Assembly: GCF_006345805.1 (NCBI RefSeq)
Contig: NC_042998.1
Span: 30,504,001 to 30,568,000, forward strand
Direction of reading: 5' to 3'
DNA from: Octopus sinensis
Lineage: Eukaryota
DNA length: 64,000 nucleotides
Shown here: positions 38,605 to 51,306 of the stretch, piece by piece
How the letters are laid out: every line of letters starts with the position of its first letter
How positions within the stretch are numbered: position 1 is the first letter of the stretch
Program-made: the position numbers and the translations under genes
Notes under the pieces: generated by a model
Database searches by the model: none
What the model was told of the DNA's origin: nothing
What the model saw: the letters and a program-made list of their open reading frames with translations, nothing else

Positions 38605-39104
38605 AAACACTCCAGTAAAATATAGCATCTTTTCTTTATATAACCAAAGAATGTTTATCGAAAATTTTATCATTTTATAAAGATCTGCTTAGCTGAGGAG
38701 TACCAGGATTATTATCGTCATGCAAAAGATCAGACACGCACGCAAGATGTGTGCTGCTTTTCATTTCTTGTTTTCCGGACGATAATCATTTCCGAATTCT
38801 ACAAATACACACAGGACAAGAAGAAAGCGGGTGTGCCAGGTTTTTAAAGAAGCTTTAAATAGTAGCAAATGGATTCGATGAGGCAGAGAGTAAGGGAGGT
38901 AAAAGAGAAGGTGGGGAATACAGAAAGGAGAAAAAGAGGGGAGTGAGAAGGTAAAATAAATTTGAATTAGCATAAAGAAACACTATTATAACCAGAATAA
39001 TACATGTGTGCATAAGTATGTACACGCATGTGTTTGCATATATGTGTATGTATGTATGTATGTGTTATATTATATATATATATATATAATATTATATATA
39101 TATA

Positions 39105-39482
39105 TATATATATAAACGGCAGTTTGTCTGTGCGTTGTTCTGTGTGTCTGTTTGCTTGTACCCTCACCCTGACCACGGCTTTCAACCGATTCTGATGAAA
39201 CTTGACACACACATAGCCCAATGTCATAATTCAAAACTAACGCACCGAAAATTTTGAAAAGTTCCCCCAGTTCTGAAAAAAATCGATAAATTCGACATGA
39301 TGTCGAGAATCAGAAGCACAAACCGCAAACTGTCTAGGGGATGCAACTCCACCTTTTTTTACTCTCAAAAAAATTTACCATCATTTTTTTTCCATTTTTT
39401 GCTGTTTTTTGGCTATAACTCTCTAAAAATGCTTTATAGTTATTTCCCTTACAAACCTGAGCAACGCCGGGCGATACTGCTA

Positions 39483-39484
<2 letters not shown>
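39105..39484 (+). mobile_element. Non-autonomous Helitron
   Basis: 5' (TA)nTAAACGGCAG start. 3' hairpin-like CCTGAGCAACGCCGGG followed by CTAG|T at 39480-39484. Confidence 0.7.
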
Positions 39485-39542
<58 letters not shown>

Positions 39543-39619
39543 TATTATATATATATATAATATATATATATAATCAAGAAACAATCTTACTTAGAAAGGG
39601 ATGCGCGCGTTCCGTCATA

Positions 39620-40148
39620 TAATATATTAATAAATAAAACATATGCATATATATATACATATATGTACGTACCTACCTCTACATGTATATATACACGCAT
39701 ATATGAGTACAGGACACCAAAAAAACGTCGAACACAATGGGAAACGAAAACATAGACACAAAGCCAAGGAACTGGACATTCTTCTTAAACAACAACAAAA
39801 AAACACAGAGTACAGGACAAATAACACAAGGAAAAAACCCCTTCTTCAGTCGCCATGGTTTCATCTACTCTGCGTTTCGCCTTCACCTTCAAAACGTAGA
39901 GTAGATGAAACCATGGCGACTGAAGAAGGGGTTTTTTCCTTGTGTTATTTGTCCTGTACTCTGTGTTTTTTTTTTGTTGTTTAAGAAAAATATCCAGTTC
40001 CTTGGGTTTGTGTCTATGTTTTCGTTTCTCATTGTGTTCGACGTTTTTTTGGTGTCCTGTACTCATAAATGCGTGTATATATACATGTAGAGGTAGTACG
40101 TACATATATGTATATATATATATATGCAATGTTTTATTTATTAATATA
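39620..40148. repeat. Near-perfect ~530-bp palindrome (arms ~258 bp, ~14-nt loop)
   Basis: Arms are reverse-complementary with only about 7-10 differences by eye. Centre CTACTCTGCGTTTCGCCTTCACCTTCAAAACGTAGAGTAG. Confidence 0.95.
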
Positions 40149-41786
40149 TATATATATATATATATATATACATGCATGACATGAATATAAATATGTGTTT
40201 ATGCATCTACAAGTGTCATGTATACAATTCTAATATTCCAAAGCACAGCTAATAAATAATACAGCTAATAAATTATACGAATTTTATTGGAGACTCTAGG
40301 AAAACATTTTGCTGGGGAATTTTTGTAAACCATCGTTCTAATGATGGAGGACGGTGTGGTAATTATTAATGCAAAGTCAGTGGTACTGATCAAATAACGA
40401 TTACAAGAAGAGACGTACGCTTTTGTGGAAAGAAATGTATCAGCTCATACGAGCCATGGATACTCTAGTAATGATCGTAGAAAGACGAAGACAAAACAAA
40501 ATGCTATTGAGCCAAGATTGAGTATGTTGGTAAGCAACTTGATGACACCCACACTAATCAGGCGACTGAAAACTTTCTGATGCGCTTCAACATGCTTTGT
40601 ATCAACACAGTCCACTGTGTGATAGAAGAAATGTAGCACTATATTGTTGCCTCGCCCTAAAGTTTTGCTCGGTCTATGCTAAGCAGAGAAATGAACTACA
40701 CTAAATAATTCTTTCTACTCGGATGCCCCTCTAAACGACCAAATGAAGATTTCCGCCCATGCCCACATGAATGGAGATATGTGATTGCATATTGACGGAC
40801 TGCATTTTCTTTAGAAACGTTAGAACTTCCACCGTCAATACTTCACATCACAACACTGACGGCTCAGTGCATGTTTAGCACACCCAAGTTATTACATACA
40901 GATACAAACTACACAAAATTTCTACATCCGCTCGAGCCCCACCTCCAACACCATGCACACAAACCGTCAACCACTTTGCAAGCAGTTACCCTTACACTGA
41001 AAAGACAGCCTACTCTTCCTGCAAAGGGCAAATTCTTGATGACTTCTCATCTGAACATCTCTCACAGATCTTTTCCTTACTGTTTTTGTTATTTTTCCAC
41101 AGCACCGAAATGTGCTACACCGGATGCAGCACTTTCTAATCTCCAGTAGCAGAGGGCTGTCGGCATGCATTTCATCCCAGGCCTTATAACAAGCATCACT
41201 TTAGATTCTTCCCTAAGTCGTGTGCGAAACCTGTTCTTAAAATCGGCTGAAATAGATCTATAATACTGCACAGTTCGATTATTAATATATAGAATATTTG
41301 TGTTATGTGTGTGTTTGTGTTATTCTTCTGTGACTATTCATTCATCAATCAACACTCTTGTATATATATACATATATTCAAACTGCGAGGAAAGAAAGAA
41401 AATAAGAAAAGTTTGCTTTAGAAGCGTTGAGATGTATTGAAAGATAGAAATAAGGAAATAGTTTATTCTCAAACGCAGAATAATGCTAAAAGAATAGCAG
41501 GAATAGGATAAAATATTTTTCAGAAAAATTTGCCAGCGGCCAACCATGAGACACGAACTCACATCCCTGTGCTTACCGGTCAAGTGCTTTACCATTAAGC
41601 TAAAACGCCCCAGCCAAATTAGTTTGCAATTTTAGAACTTCTAGTTTATAAGACGCTGGCAAATGTTTCTGGAAAATATGGATATTTTTATCCTGTTCCC
41701 GCTATTCTGTTAGCATTATTCTGCGTTCGAGAATAAATTATTACCTTATCTATATCTTACATACACCAACACACACAAAGACTCAC

Positions 41787-41847
<61 letters not shown>

Positions 41848-42639
41848 ATATATATATATATATATATATATGTATGCATGTATATATTATATACACATAC
41901 ACATACATGTGTTAAAAAATTAAACACGCGCACAGGAAGTAAGTGTGTGCAATTCCCATTATAACTTGCAGTTAGTTTCGCAAAAAGCTTACCAAAGTCT
42001 TCTTATCAGAAACACGTGAATGAAAAATTATTTTTGTTGGATATTCATAGATAACTCTCTGCTCTTGGTTTCATCTTCTTTCTTTCGCGTTTATACAAAT
42101 CACTAAAAGCTGTCCATATCTGTTACACAATTGCGCAATCAAGATTTTGTCATTTACGAAATTCTGTTTTGCTATTGATTCTACAGTATTGTTACTGAAT
42201 AACAATGGCAACTCCTCGAGGAAGTATTGCATCATTCTGTCTCCCATAAATTAAAGTTGATGGATAGTCAGTCAAGGATCCAAACTACCGGGTCAACAAA
42301 TCTCTCGTAAATTCATAATATCAAGACCAGATCGTGTTTCAGTTCTGACGATTACACCCGGCGTTTACACATGCATATATATGGATGTATATTCCCACAC
42401 GTCACCCTCATATTTCAGCAGCAAGAGAAATTTCGATCCTTGCTTGCGCTATTTTTGTTGCTTTGGCTTCCTGTCAAATTAGATTAGCTCGAAATACCAA
42501 AATATCAGTCAGAATCTCAGTGTGTATGTGAGACAGATACTTTGATATTCATACAGGAACAGACACGCTCACACACACACACGCACGTACACAAACACAC
42601 ATATATATACACATTCAAATATATATATACACATATATA

Positions 42640-42870
42640 TTCCTTTCATTATTGCCCACAGAGGGCTAAGCATAGAGGGGACAAACAAGAACAGACAAAG
42701 GGATTAAGCCGATTACATCGACCCCAGCGCGTTACTGGTACTTATCTAATCGACCCCGAAAGGATGAAAAGCAAAGTCGACCTTGGCGGAATTTGAACTC
42801 AGAACGTAACAGATGACGAAACACAGTTTGCCATTTCGCCTGGCGTGCTAACGATTCTACCAGTTCGGCG
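42640..42870 (-). mobile_element. SINE family A
   Basis: Reverse complement of the family A body. Confidence 0.85.
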
Positions 42871-42888
42871 CTACTTTTTGAACGCACC

Positions 42889-42892
<4 letters not shown>

Positions 42893-42953
<61 letters not shown>

Positions 42954-42959
42954 ATATAT

Positions 42960-43042
<83 letters not shown>

Positions 43043-43107
43043 TATTATATATATAGATATAAATATATATATATATTATTATATATATATATATATATAA
43101 TATATAT

Positions 43108-43154
<47 letters not shown>

Positions 43155-43175
43155 GATATTATATATACATATATA
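42893..43175. repeat. (TA)n tract between two outward-facing mariner TIRs
   Basis: Direct inspection. Confidence 0.95.
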
Positions 43176-44110
43176 TTCGAGGTGCGTTCAAAAAATATCA
43201 GACCTTTAGGTTTTAAAACACAAATTGTATTTAATCACCTTCAAAATACTCCCTTTGGAAGAAGCTTTCAGACTTCTCCCAGTGGTTCTGTCACTGCTAG
43301 AAACAACGCTGGAACGCCTCCTCTGGAATGATCTAGGGCTCTGCCGTCGCTTTACTTACAAGTTCCTCTCGCAATTCAAATCGCTTCCTTTTCAGTGTGG
43401 TTTTCACTTTGGAAAAGAGCCAGACGCCACACAGTGCGAAATGGGGAAAATAGGGAACCTGTCAAACCAGAGTGTTTTTCTCGACCAGGGAAGTTGGACT
43501 ATGTGGGCTGCATGAACGGGCACATTGCCGTGGTGAAGTTGTTAATTCGTCGCCGCCCACATGTCCGGCTGCTTTCGACGCACATCATTATGAAGGCGAC
43601 GGATAAACTATAGTCGTGACTGTTTGGCCCCATGCTGCGTATTCATGGGGCACAATATGAGGGAAGTCAAAGGAATAGGTCAACATTACCTTCAAATTAC
43701 TGCAAACCTGTTCTGTATTTTGGGCCTTGGTGATGACGGATGCTTATCCTGGGCGGACTGGAACTTAGTTTCCAAGCCATAAACATAAATTCATTTCTAA
43801 TCACCAGTGATAAGGGACCTCATGAAGTTTGGGTCATCCAGTCCAGCATATCCTGAGCGATTTCCATGTGGAAGTGCTTCTGCTGCTCCGACACCACCTT
43901 CGGGATGAATTTCGCTGACACTCTTCAAATGCATAACTTCTCCGTTAGAAAGGAATTCATTGACCCTGTGATCATTCCAATTTGTGAGCAATTTCCTGAA
44001 CTGTTACACGACGGTCTTCCATGACTATTCGCCGAACCTTCTCAGTCGGCTCTTCGTTTCGGTTTGTAGAGGACCTGTCAGAATGTGACTCGCTTCTCAT
44101 ATCCAGGCGG
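43176..44110 (-). pseudogene. Mariner (DD34D-type) transposase relic with one TIR
   Basis: Minus: FMRSLITGD; HHGNVPVH; ALCGVWLFSKVKTTLKRKRFE; AFQRCF..W.K....EYFEGD*. TIR TTCGAGGTGCGTTCAAAAA at 43176. Confidence 0.9.
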
Positions 44111-44124
44111 GTACTTAACGGATG

Positions 44125-44580
44125 TTAACGTGAAGCCGAAGATCAGTGAAAAAGCGAACGCATATACTGAACCAGTGAGAAATCTACAGTTACTCTATCC
44201 AAGTTACAAGTTCAGATTTATACATGTAATTATTGGGGCCCTGAGATATGTAACTGCCTAAATACCAATCTTGAGAAATTAGGCTTCTCAAAGGCAGAAA
44301 GAGAGAAGGCTAATTCGGAGTCTACAGATCCAATCCATCACTAGAACTGTAAAAATATGTAAAACTTTCCGGAAGTTTATCATTTAAAATATATGAGCAT
44401 GTATAGATATGTAACTATATGCATGAGGATACATGCATAAATCACACAAATCTGCATATACATACATACATACATACAAAAATACCCTGTTGTTGATGTT
44501 GAAGTTCCAATGAAGGAACCTTGGATCTAAGTTAGAAACTGATTCTCTATTGGCAAGAAATCTTGAAATAAACTAAATAA
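44125..44580 (+). mobile_element. 3' end of an RLE-type (R4/HERO-like) non-LTR retrotransposon
   Basis: LQLLYPSYKFRFIHVIIGAL. 3' UTR with (CATA)n and GTTGTTGATGTTGAA...GAAATCTTGAAATAA. Second copy at 55.6 kb. Confidence 0.75.
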
Positions 44581-45191
44581 TGGCATACAAGCATGCATAC
44601 ATACCCACACACGTACATACATACACATATGTGTACATACATACATACATACATGCGCTACTACTACAATTTGCACATCGGTTTAAGCATGCAGTCGTTA
44701 TAACGACTACGAAAGAAAGAGCGTTTCGTACTGTGCACCAGACAGCCATTGGCGTTTGGCGAGCGTAGTGATAATGTTCCTGCCTGACGTTTTTACAGCA
44801 TTCAGTGAATTGACGCCTACAATCAACTTTATTTATAATCCTTTTAAAGAAATTTTCTAGAGACATCTAGAATAATATTTCATGTAAAGCCTGTCTTCTG
44901 ACTGGATAATAACTTGGCTGAACACACGATCAACCGTTGCTATTTCGCGGCTTGAAAACTGCGATGTGGCCAACAGCGAGTTCGAGTCTTGTTACATATC
45001 TGGCTCTGTATCACTATGCTCCACTTCTAAAGCAACAATTACAGAATACCGTTTCGTTTTCTGAGTCAACCTGATGCCTGACATCATTTACCTTGTAAAA
45101 CAAATAAGTTAAAAGACAGTTAGTGCTCTTGAAAGAGGTATCCTCAAAAGACTTGCAAACCTTATATGTATATATGTATATATATACATAT

Positions 45192-45830
45192 AGGCCTTTT
45201 TTTAAAAGTGTTCATTGCATTGCTTGTGTGTGTATTTATCGTAGGATTGGCGGTTTTTGAAGCTTTCTGTTTAATCTTTGGCAAGCGGCATTTTTTACCT
45301 TTCTTTTATTCAAATATTTAATATTTATACCTATTAAGGTAGACGTCTTGCTAACGGCCTCATTATTGCTGTCTTTAATAGCAATAATACTTTCACATAG
45401 TTACTTTTTTACTGTTTACGATAGTTTCCTTTTTAAACGGAAAGGCACGTTTAAAGTTCGAAACGCACTCGAATTGGCGTAGAGAAAATTTTGGAAATAG
45501 ATGTTTCTATCTCCAACTGAAGATTGCAGAGCATGTTTTCTGAGGTACAGCATGAAATCATTTGATATTGGGGTATGTAAACTATCTTCAAATTCCACCT
45601 CGAAGGCAGGCCTATTTTTTAAAGTGTTCATTGCATTGCTTGTGTGTGAATGTATCGTAGGATTGGTGATTTCTGAAGCTTTCGCTTTCATCTTTGGTAA
45701 GCGTTATTTTTACTCAAATTTTTATTCAAATTTGTATTCAAAATTTTATTCAAATATTTAATATTATACCTATTAAGGTAAAAGTCTTGGTAACCGCCCC
45801 ATTATTGCTGTTTTTAACAGTTACTTATAT
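45192..45830 (+). mobile_element. ~1.5-mer of a 416-bp hammerhead-containing unit between microsatellites
   Basis: AGGCCT..TTTTAAAGTGTTCATTGCATTGCTTGTGTGTG... at 45192 and 45608; ~200 bp of diverged redundancy. Confidence 0.85.
45511..45573 (+). ncRNA. Type I hammerhead ribozyme
   Basis: CTCCAA CTGAAGA T TGC..GCA T GAA ATC attt GAT A TTGGGG. Stem I 6 bp, stem III 3 bp, AUA triplet, U.U at the base of stem II. Confidence 0.75.
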
Positions 45831-45854
45831 AGTTTTTAATAGTTACTTATATAG

Positions 45855-45889
45855 ATACAGACAGACAGACAGACAGACAGACAGCTAGC

Positions 45890-45980
<91 letters not shown>

Positions 45981-46060
45981 GCAGATAGATAGGCAGATAA
46001 GCAGATAGATAGGCAGATAGATAGATAGGCAGATAGGTAGGTAGATGGATGGATATATAG
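45855..46060. repeat. (GACA)/(GATA)n microsatellite
   Basis: Direct inspection. Confidence 0.95.
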
Positions 46061-46244
46061 ATATAGGGCTTGCAAGTATTTTATGCACACGTCTCCTTTA
46101 ATACGTATATGTATATGCAGTATGCATATGCTTGTATATCTGTGGTTATAGGCGTGTGATAGGAGGGTACATATGTACATGTATGTATATTTATATATGC
46201 AGTGAGTGTGAATGTAAACCTGTATAAGTATGTATGTATAAATA

Positions 46245-46286
<42 letters not shown>

Positions 46287-46619
46287 TGCGTTTATTCATA
46301 TGCATAAATGTCTAAATATACATGTAAGCACACCCGTATGTGCATACAGGGATGAAGTTGCGTGCGTATATATGTATATATGTGTGTGTGTGCGTGTGGA
46401 TGTGTGCATGTGTACGTAAATGCACATATACGTTTGTGTGTGTATGAGCAAGTGCATATACATGTTTGTGTGAGTGTGTACGACAATATCTGAAAGACGC
46501 ACGCCTTTTATGCAGGTCTGCGGAAGGGCGTCTCCAATGCTTAAAACCGCAGATATTACGTGAATTTTCTTTTAGAATTCTCGCATAAACTGGCGTTGCA
46601 AATGGAGAAGGTACTCTTT

Positions 46620-47297
46620 CACTCCTTCACTTGTTTCAATCTTTTGACTGCGGCCATGCTGGAGCACCGCCTTTAGTCGAGCCAATCGACCCCAGGACTT
46701 ATTCTTTGTACGCCTAGTGCTTATTGTATAGGTCTCTTTTGCCGAACAGCTAAGTTACGGGGACATAAACACACCAGCATCGGTAGTCAAGCGATGTTGG
46801 GCGGACAGACACAGACACACAACATATACACACACACACACACACATACATACATACATACATACATACATACAACATACATACATACATACATACATAC
46901 ATACCTACATACATCATACATACATACATACATACATACATACATACATACATACATAACATACATACATACATACATCAATACATATCATATCATATCA
47001 TATCATATCAATCATATCATATCATATCATATCATATCAGATCATATCATATCATATCATATCATATCATATCATATCATATCATATCATATCATATCAT
47101 ATCATATCATATCATATCATATATATACTTATATACGACGGGCTTCTTTCAGCTTCCGTCTACCAAATCCACCCACAAGGCTTTGGTCGACCCGGGGCTA
47201 TAGTACAAGACACTTGCCCAAGGTGCCACGCAGTGGGACTGAACTCGGAGTCATGTGGTTGGTAAGAAAGCTCCTTACCACACAGCCACTCCTACGC
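46620..47297 (-). mobile_element. SINE family B with greatly expanded internal microsatellite, including (ATATC)n
   Basis: Tail at 46.62-46.82 kb, head at 47.13-47.30 kb, (CATA)n and (ATATC)n between. Confidence 0.9.
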
Positions 47298-47868
47298 CTA
47301 TAAACATTTGTAACTTACAATTAAAGATGTGTTGAAGAAATCTCTTTATCTTCTCCTTTTCAGTACGAACACACATATACACACACGCGCACGCACGCAC
47401 ATACACACACACACACACACTTCTCCATTTGCAACGCCAGTTTACGCGAAAATTCTAAAAGAAAAATTACGTAATAGTTGCGGTTTTAGGCATTGGTGAG
47501 GCACTTCCTCAGACCTGCATGAAAGGCGTGCGTCTTTCAAATCTTGTCGTCAGGAAAATATCGGGAGGAAATAAAATGGAAAAAATTTAAATCAAGGGGG
47601 GTGAATACGCAAAGGGATATGAGCGAGAACGTGATGGAGGGGAGGGACGAATAGAAGAAGAAGAATAAAAAGAAGAAGGAGGAGGAGAAGAAGAAGAAGA
47701 AGAAAAGAAGAAGAAAGGCAGATACAATGGCCAGTGCTGCATATAGCAAAATGGTTTATCTAGTATGCTGACGGTGTGTCAGTCAGTACAGGCAGAACCA
47801 TTGTTACCAAATTTCGTTAGCTGTAAGACCATGTATTTGACCAAATAGCGGCACTAGTCTGAGACAAC

Positions 47869-47900
<32 letters not shown>

Positions 47901-48104
47901 ATAAAGGGGTTTGTATGATTGTGTATAGAGAGAGATATATTATTCAAAGGAATTCCAACTCTGTTTTTTATGTTTTATTTATATTCTTTATAATATTAAT
48001 GTAGAATATAGAATATATAGTATAAATAATATATATATAGTAAAATGAAATGAAGTATTGATTGTCTTATTGAATAGATGAAATATTGAATATCAAATAT
48101 TAAG

Positions 48105-48146
48105 GGACTAGTATACTTTCTTGCATTTAAGCAGTCTTCAAGGTCC
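48105..48146 (-). ncRNA. Decayed type I hammerhead
   Basis: Minus: GGAC CTTGAAGA C TGC ttaaat GCA A GAA AGTATACT A GTCC. One extra U in the core; palindromic stem III. Confidence 0.55.
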
Positions 48147-48981
48147 TAGGTTGTGACAGGAGTGTTTATGTTTGTATATATGCAAATATTAAGATAAAAC
48201 GAAAATCGACATATCAAGACCTTCTACCCTACATGGTGTTTTATGGATGATTATGAGCGACTGATTGAGTTTATTCTTGACTATGCGCTGCCTTCATATT
48301 TCAACTCTGTTTACATTTAAAAACTGCATTTTATTCATTCAGATCTTCGATTTATGGTTGCACAATAACGTGAAATTATCTATTTATGGATCACTGATGT
48401 TATCTAAGCTTAATTCACTTGTTATTGTTTTATTTCTTTACAAGTAAATTTTTGTATTATTTTGGGAGTATCTGTGTCGTGAAATCGATATAAATTACAG
48501 CCTTCATATTATGTTTTTAAAACTCTAACCTATGGCAGTGTGTATATATGGATTTGTGTGTATGAATGTTTATGTCAGTGAGTGACCGTATGTATGTGGT
48601 TGTTCAACAGCTTCCATTACGAGTATATTGGCTATAGATTATATTACTGATCCTAAAAATATATATAACAGAACCTGGAAAAAAAGCCATCTGAACACAA
48701 AGTTTATTATACGAAATAATAATCTGCTACATTAAAGATTGCAATAAATCATGCAACATTATTGCATAGGACAGTAATCAACATTCCTACAGCGACCCAG
48801 CAACATTGGTAACATTCGCAAATTCCTATGCAAATACTAGCGTTTTAAGAATTCCTGAATTACTATTCTTTTAGTTTCTTTATCGTTTTCTCTATCCATC
48901 TAGAAAGTCTATCTGTTGCATTAGTAGATTAGATAATAGGAAACTGTAAAATATAATTTACACACATACACACACACACAA

Positions 48982-49022
<41 letters not shown>

Positions 49023-49027
49023 CATAA

Positions 49028-49060
<33 letters not shown>

Positions 49061-49751
49061 CCTCAAACGCACACATATGTATGCGTGTACGTATAGATGT
49101 GTGTGTGTGAGTGTGGGTGGGTGTTTTGTGTGTGCCTTTAAGTTCATCCAACATGGAAGCTGTGATTTGCGAGTCCCAGGGTTTTAGGGAATGTGGAACC
49201 ACCTCTTAGCCACTATGTTTAATCTGGCCCGGAGTAGAAAAGGCGTATGAAGGTCTCAGCTCTTGGTTTACTACCATATGCGATGACACTCTATCTGAAC
49301 GCGGGGACGCAGAATTACCCTTGGTTAGTGACATGGTGTGCAGTTAAACTACTGGAAGTGAGGGACCACTAGCGATTGTCAGAGAATCCGACTTGAGAAG
49401 GATACCCTAATGTAAAACTTGCGATTTCACATGGTCATTGGCCATCACCCTCCTGTCTATCACTCAGTACTAATCACAGATACCTAGAGAGTGGATCTCG
49501 CGTTGTACAAGCGTTCGTCATTATAATCCAATGACATACTGATGTCTATTTATGGTGACTTCATTTTCGTCGCATCTACTGAAAAGTAGGCGATGTGTGC
49601 ACAGATTTATCCAGTTGGATCCGTACAGTAATTTGTAATTCTCGTCAGTAACTTATGCTTCAAGCCTCGCAGATCTGCAACGGAACTGAATAGTCATCTG
49701 AGAAGACATAGAGGTCGTGTATATATAAATATATCTACATATATACACATC

Positions 49752-50500
49752 GTGGAGGCGCGTGGCTTAATGTTTAGGGTGTCAGCATCATGATCATAAG
49801 ATTGTGGTTTCGATTACTGGACCGGGCGATGCGCTGTGTTTTTGAGCGGCGAGCTGGCAGACACGTTAGCATACCGAACGAAATGCTGAGCGGTATTTCG
49901 TCTGCCGCTATGTTCTGAGTTCAAATTCCGCCGAGGTTACTTTGCCTTTCATCCTTTCGGGGTCGATTAAATAGGTACCATTTACGCAGTGGGGTCGATG
50001 TGATCGTCTTAATCCGTTTTTCTGCCCTTGTTGTCCTCTGTGTTTAGCCCCTTGTGGGCAGTAAAGAAATAGGTATTTCGTCTGTCTTTACGCTCTGAGT
50101 TCAAATTCCGCCGAGGTCGACTTTGCTTTCCAGCTCTTCGGAGTCGATAGATGAAGTACCAGATTCGTGCTGGGATCAATCTAATCGACTGGCCCCTTCC
50201 CAAAAAATTTCGGGCCTTGTGCCTAGAATAGAAAAGAATATTTCCAGTGTGGAGGCATCGCGGGTTCGAATCTCAAATTAGGTGATGTGTGTGTTTACGA
50301 GCGAAACACCTAAGCTCCTCGCGGCTCCGGCAGAAGGTAATGGCGAACCTCTGTTAACTATTTCGCTACCACTTTCTTTCACCCTTTCCTCCTGCATCTA
50401 GCAGTTCACCTGCGACGGACCGCGTCCCGTCCTGGTGGGGAATAATACGCGAATGTAACCGGGAAACCGGCGCTTATGAGCTCGAGAAGGAACAAACAAC
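49752..50500 (+). mobile_element. SINE stack: family C head (49752-49845), family A dimer (49846-50238), family D variant (50248-50500)
   Basis: Each block aligns to other copies in the window. Confidence 0.85.
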
Positions 50501-50852
50501 AATAATATTTCGAGTAAAATTGCTGAATTTTCAAAATGGCGTCAAGAACAAGCGAACAGTATATCCATTTGCTTGATATGCCAGAGTTACACACTGCATC
50601 AGAATATTCATTACATGCGATGATTTTAGACTTTGAAAGGGAATATATATTGAAATTATTTCGTACGTTTTGGTAAGATATAACAACTAAAAGAAAATAG
50701 TAATATTGCCCATACAAAATCGCGTCCTTGCTAGCAATTAATATTTTTGTACCAGCTGCCAAGAATGTGTTTAAATCTATCAAACCAATAGTGTTACACT
50801 GCTAAATTTGATGGGTTTTTAAGTAATGCGTTTGTGGGTAATTGATGAGTTG

Positions 50853-50901
50853 GATGTGGTGTTAAAAGCCCAAGAACTCTTGATATATGTATATACACAC
50901 C
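50853..50901 (+). ncRNA. Decayed hammerhead homologue in tandem unit 1
   Basis: GATGTG GTGTTAA AAGCC caagaa CTCTT GAT ATATGTATAT A CACACC; positionally homologous to 51258-51306. Confidence 0.5.
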
Positions 50902-51257
50902 GATTACATATATTTCCTATCTTCGATCGCATTGTTTACGAAAACGGATTCATATACGAAGCCTCTTTACTTTTGGTTCTGGCTCTGAATTCTATAAAAA
51001 ATTCATAGAATTAGACTTAAACTGAGAATATCGCACTGCTAACATAAAAAGCACAATATTGACTCATAAAAGTTTAATATACTTGGTATTATATCATGGT
51101 TTAAAAACGAAATACTGTGTCCTTGCTAGCTATCAATATTTACGTACCAACAGCCAGGAACCTGTCTATTATATACGTTTATCTATCTAATAGCGTTGCA
51201 TCGGTAAACTAAATGAGTATTTAAGCAATGCGTTCCTAGATAGTTGATGGGTTGCAA

Positions 51258-51306
51258 GTAGGGCTGATGAAAGTGCAACAACTCTTGAAATATGCATATA
51301 CACTAG
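51258..51306 (+). ncRNA. Type I hammerhead with intact core in tandem unit 2
   Basis: GTAGGG CTGATGA AAGTG caacaa CTCTT GAA ATATGCATAT A CACTAG. Palindromic stem III, AUA triplet, imperfect stem I. Confidence 0.7.

Noticed and set aside
40420-41290. Higher-complexity block that might be a decayed transposase or LINE
   Set aside because: No diagnostic motif in the frames I translated.
49610-49655. CTGACGA on the minus strand
   Set aside because: No GAAA at the required position.
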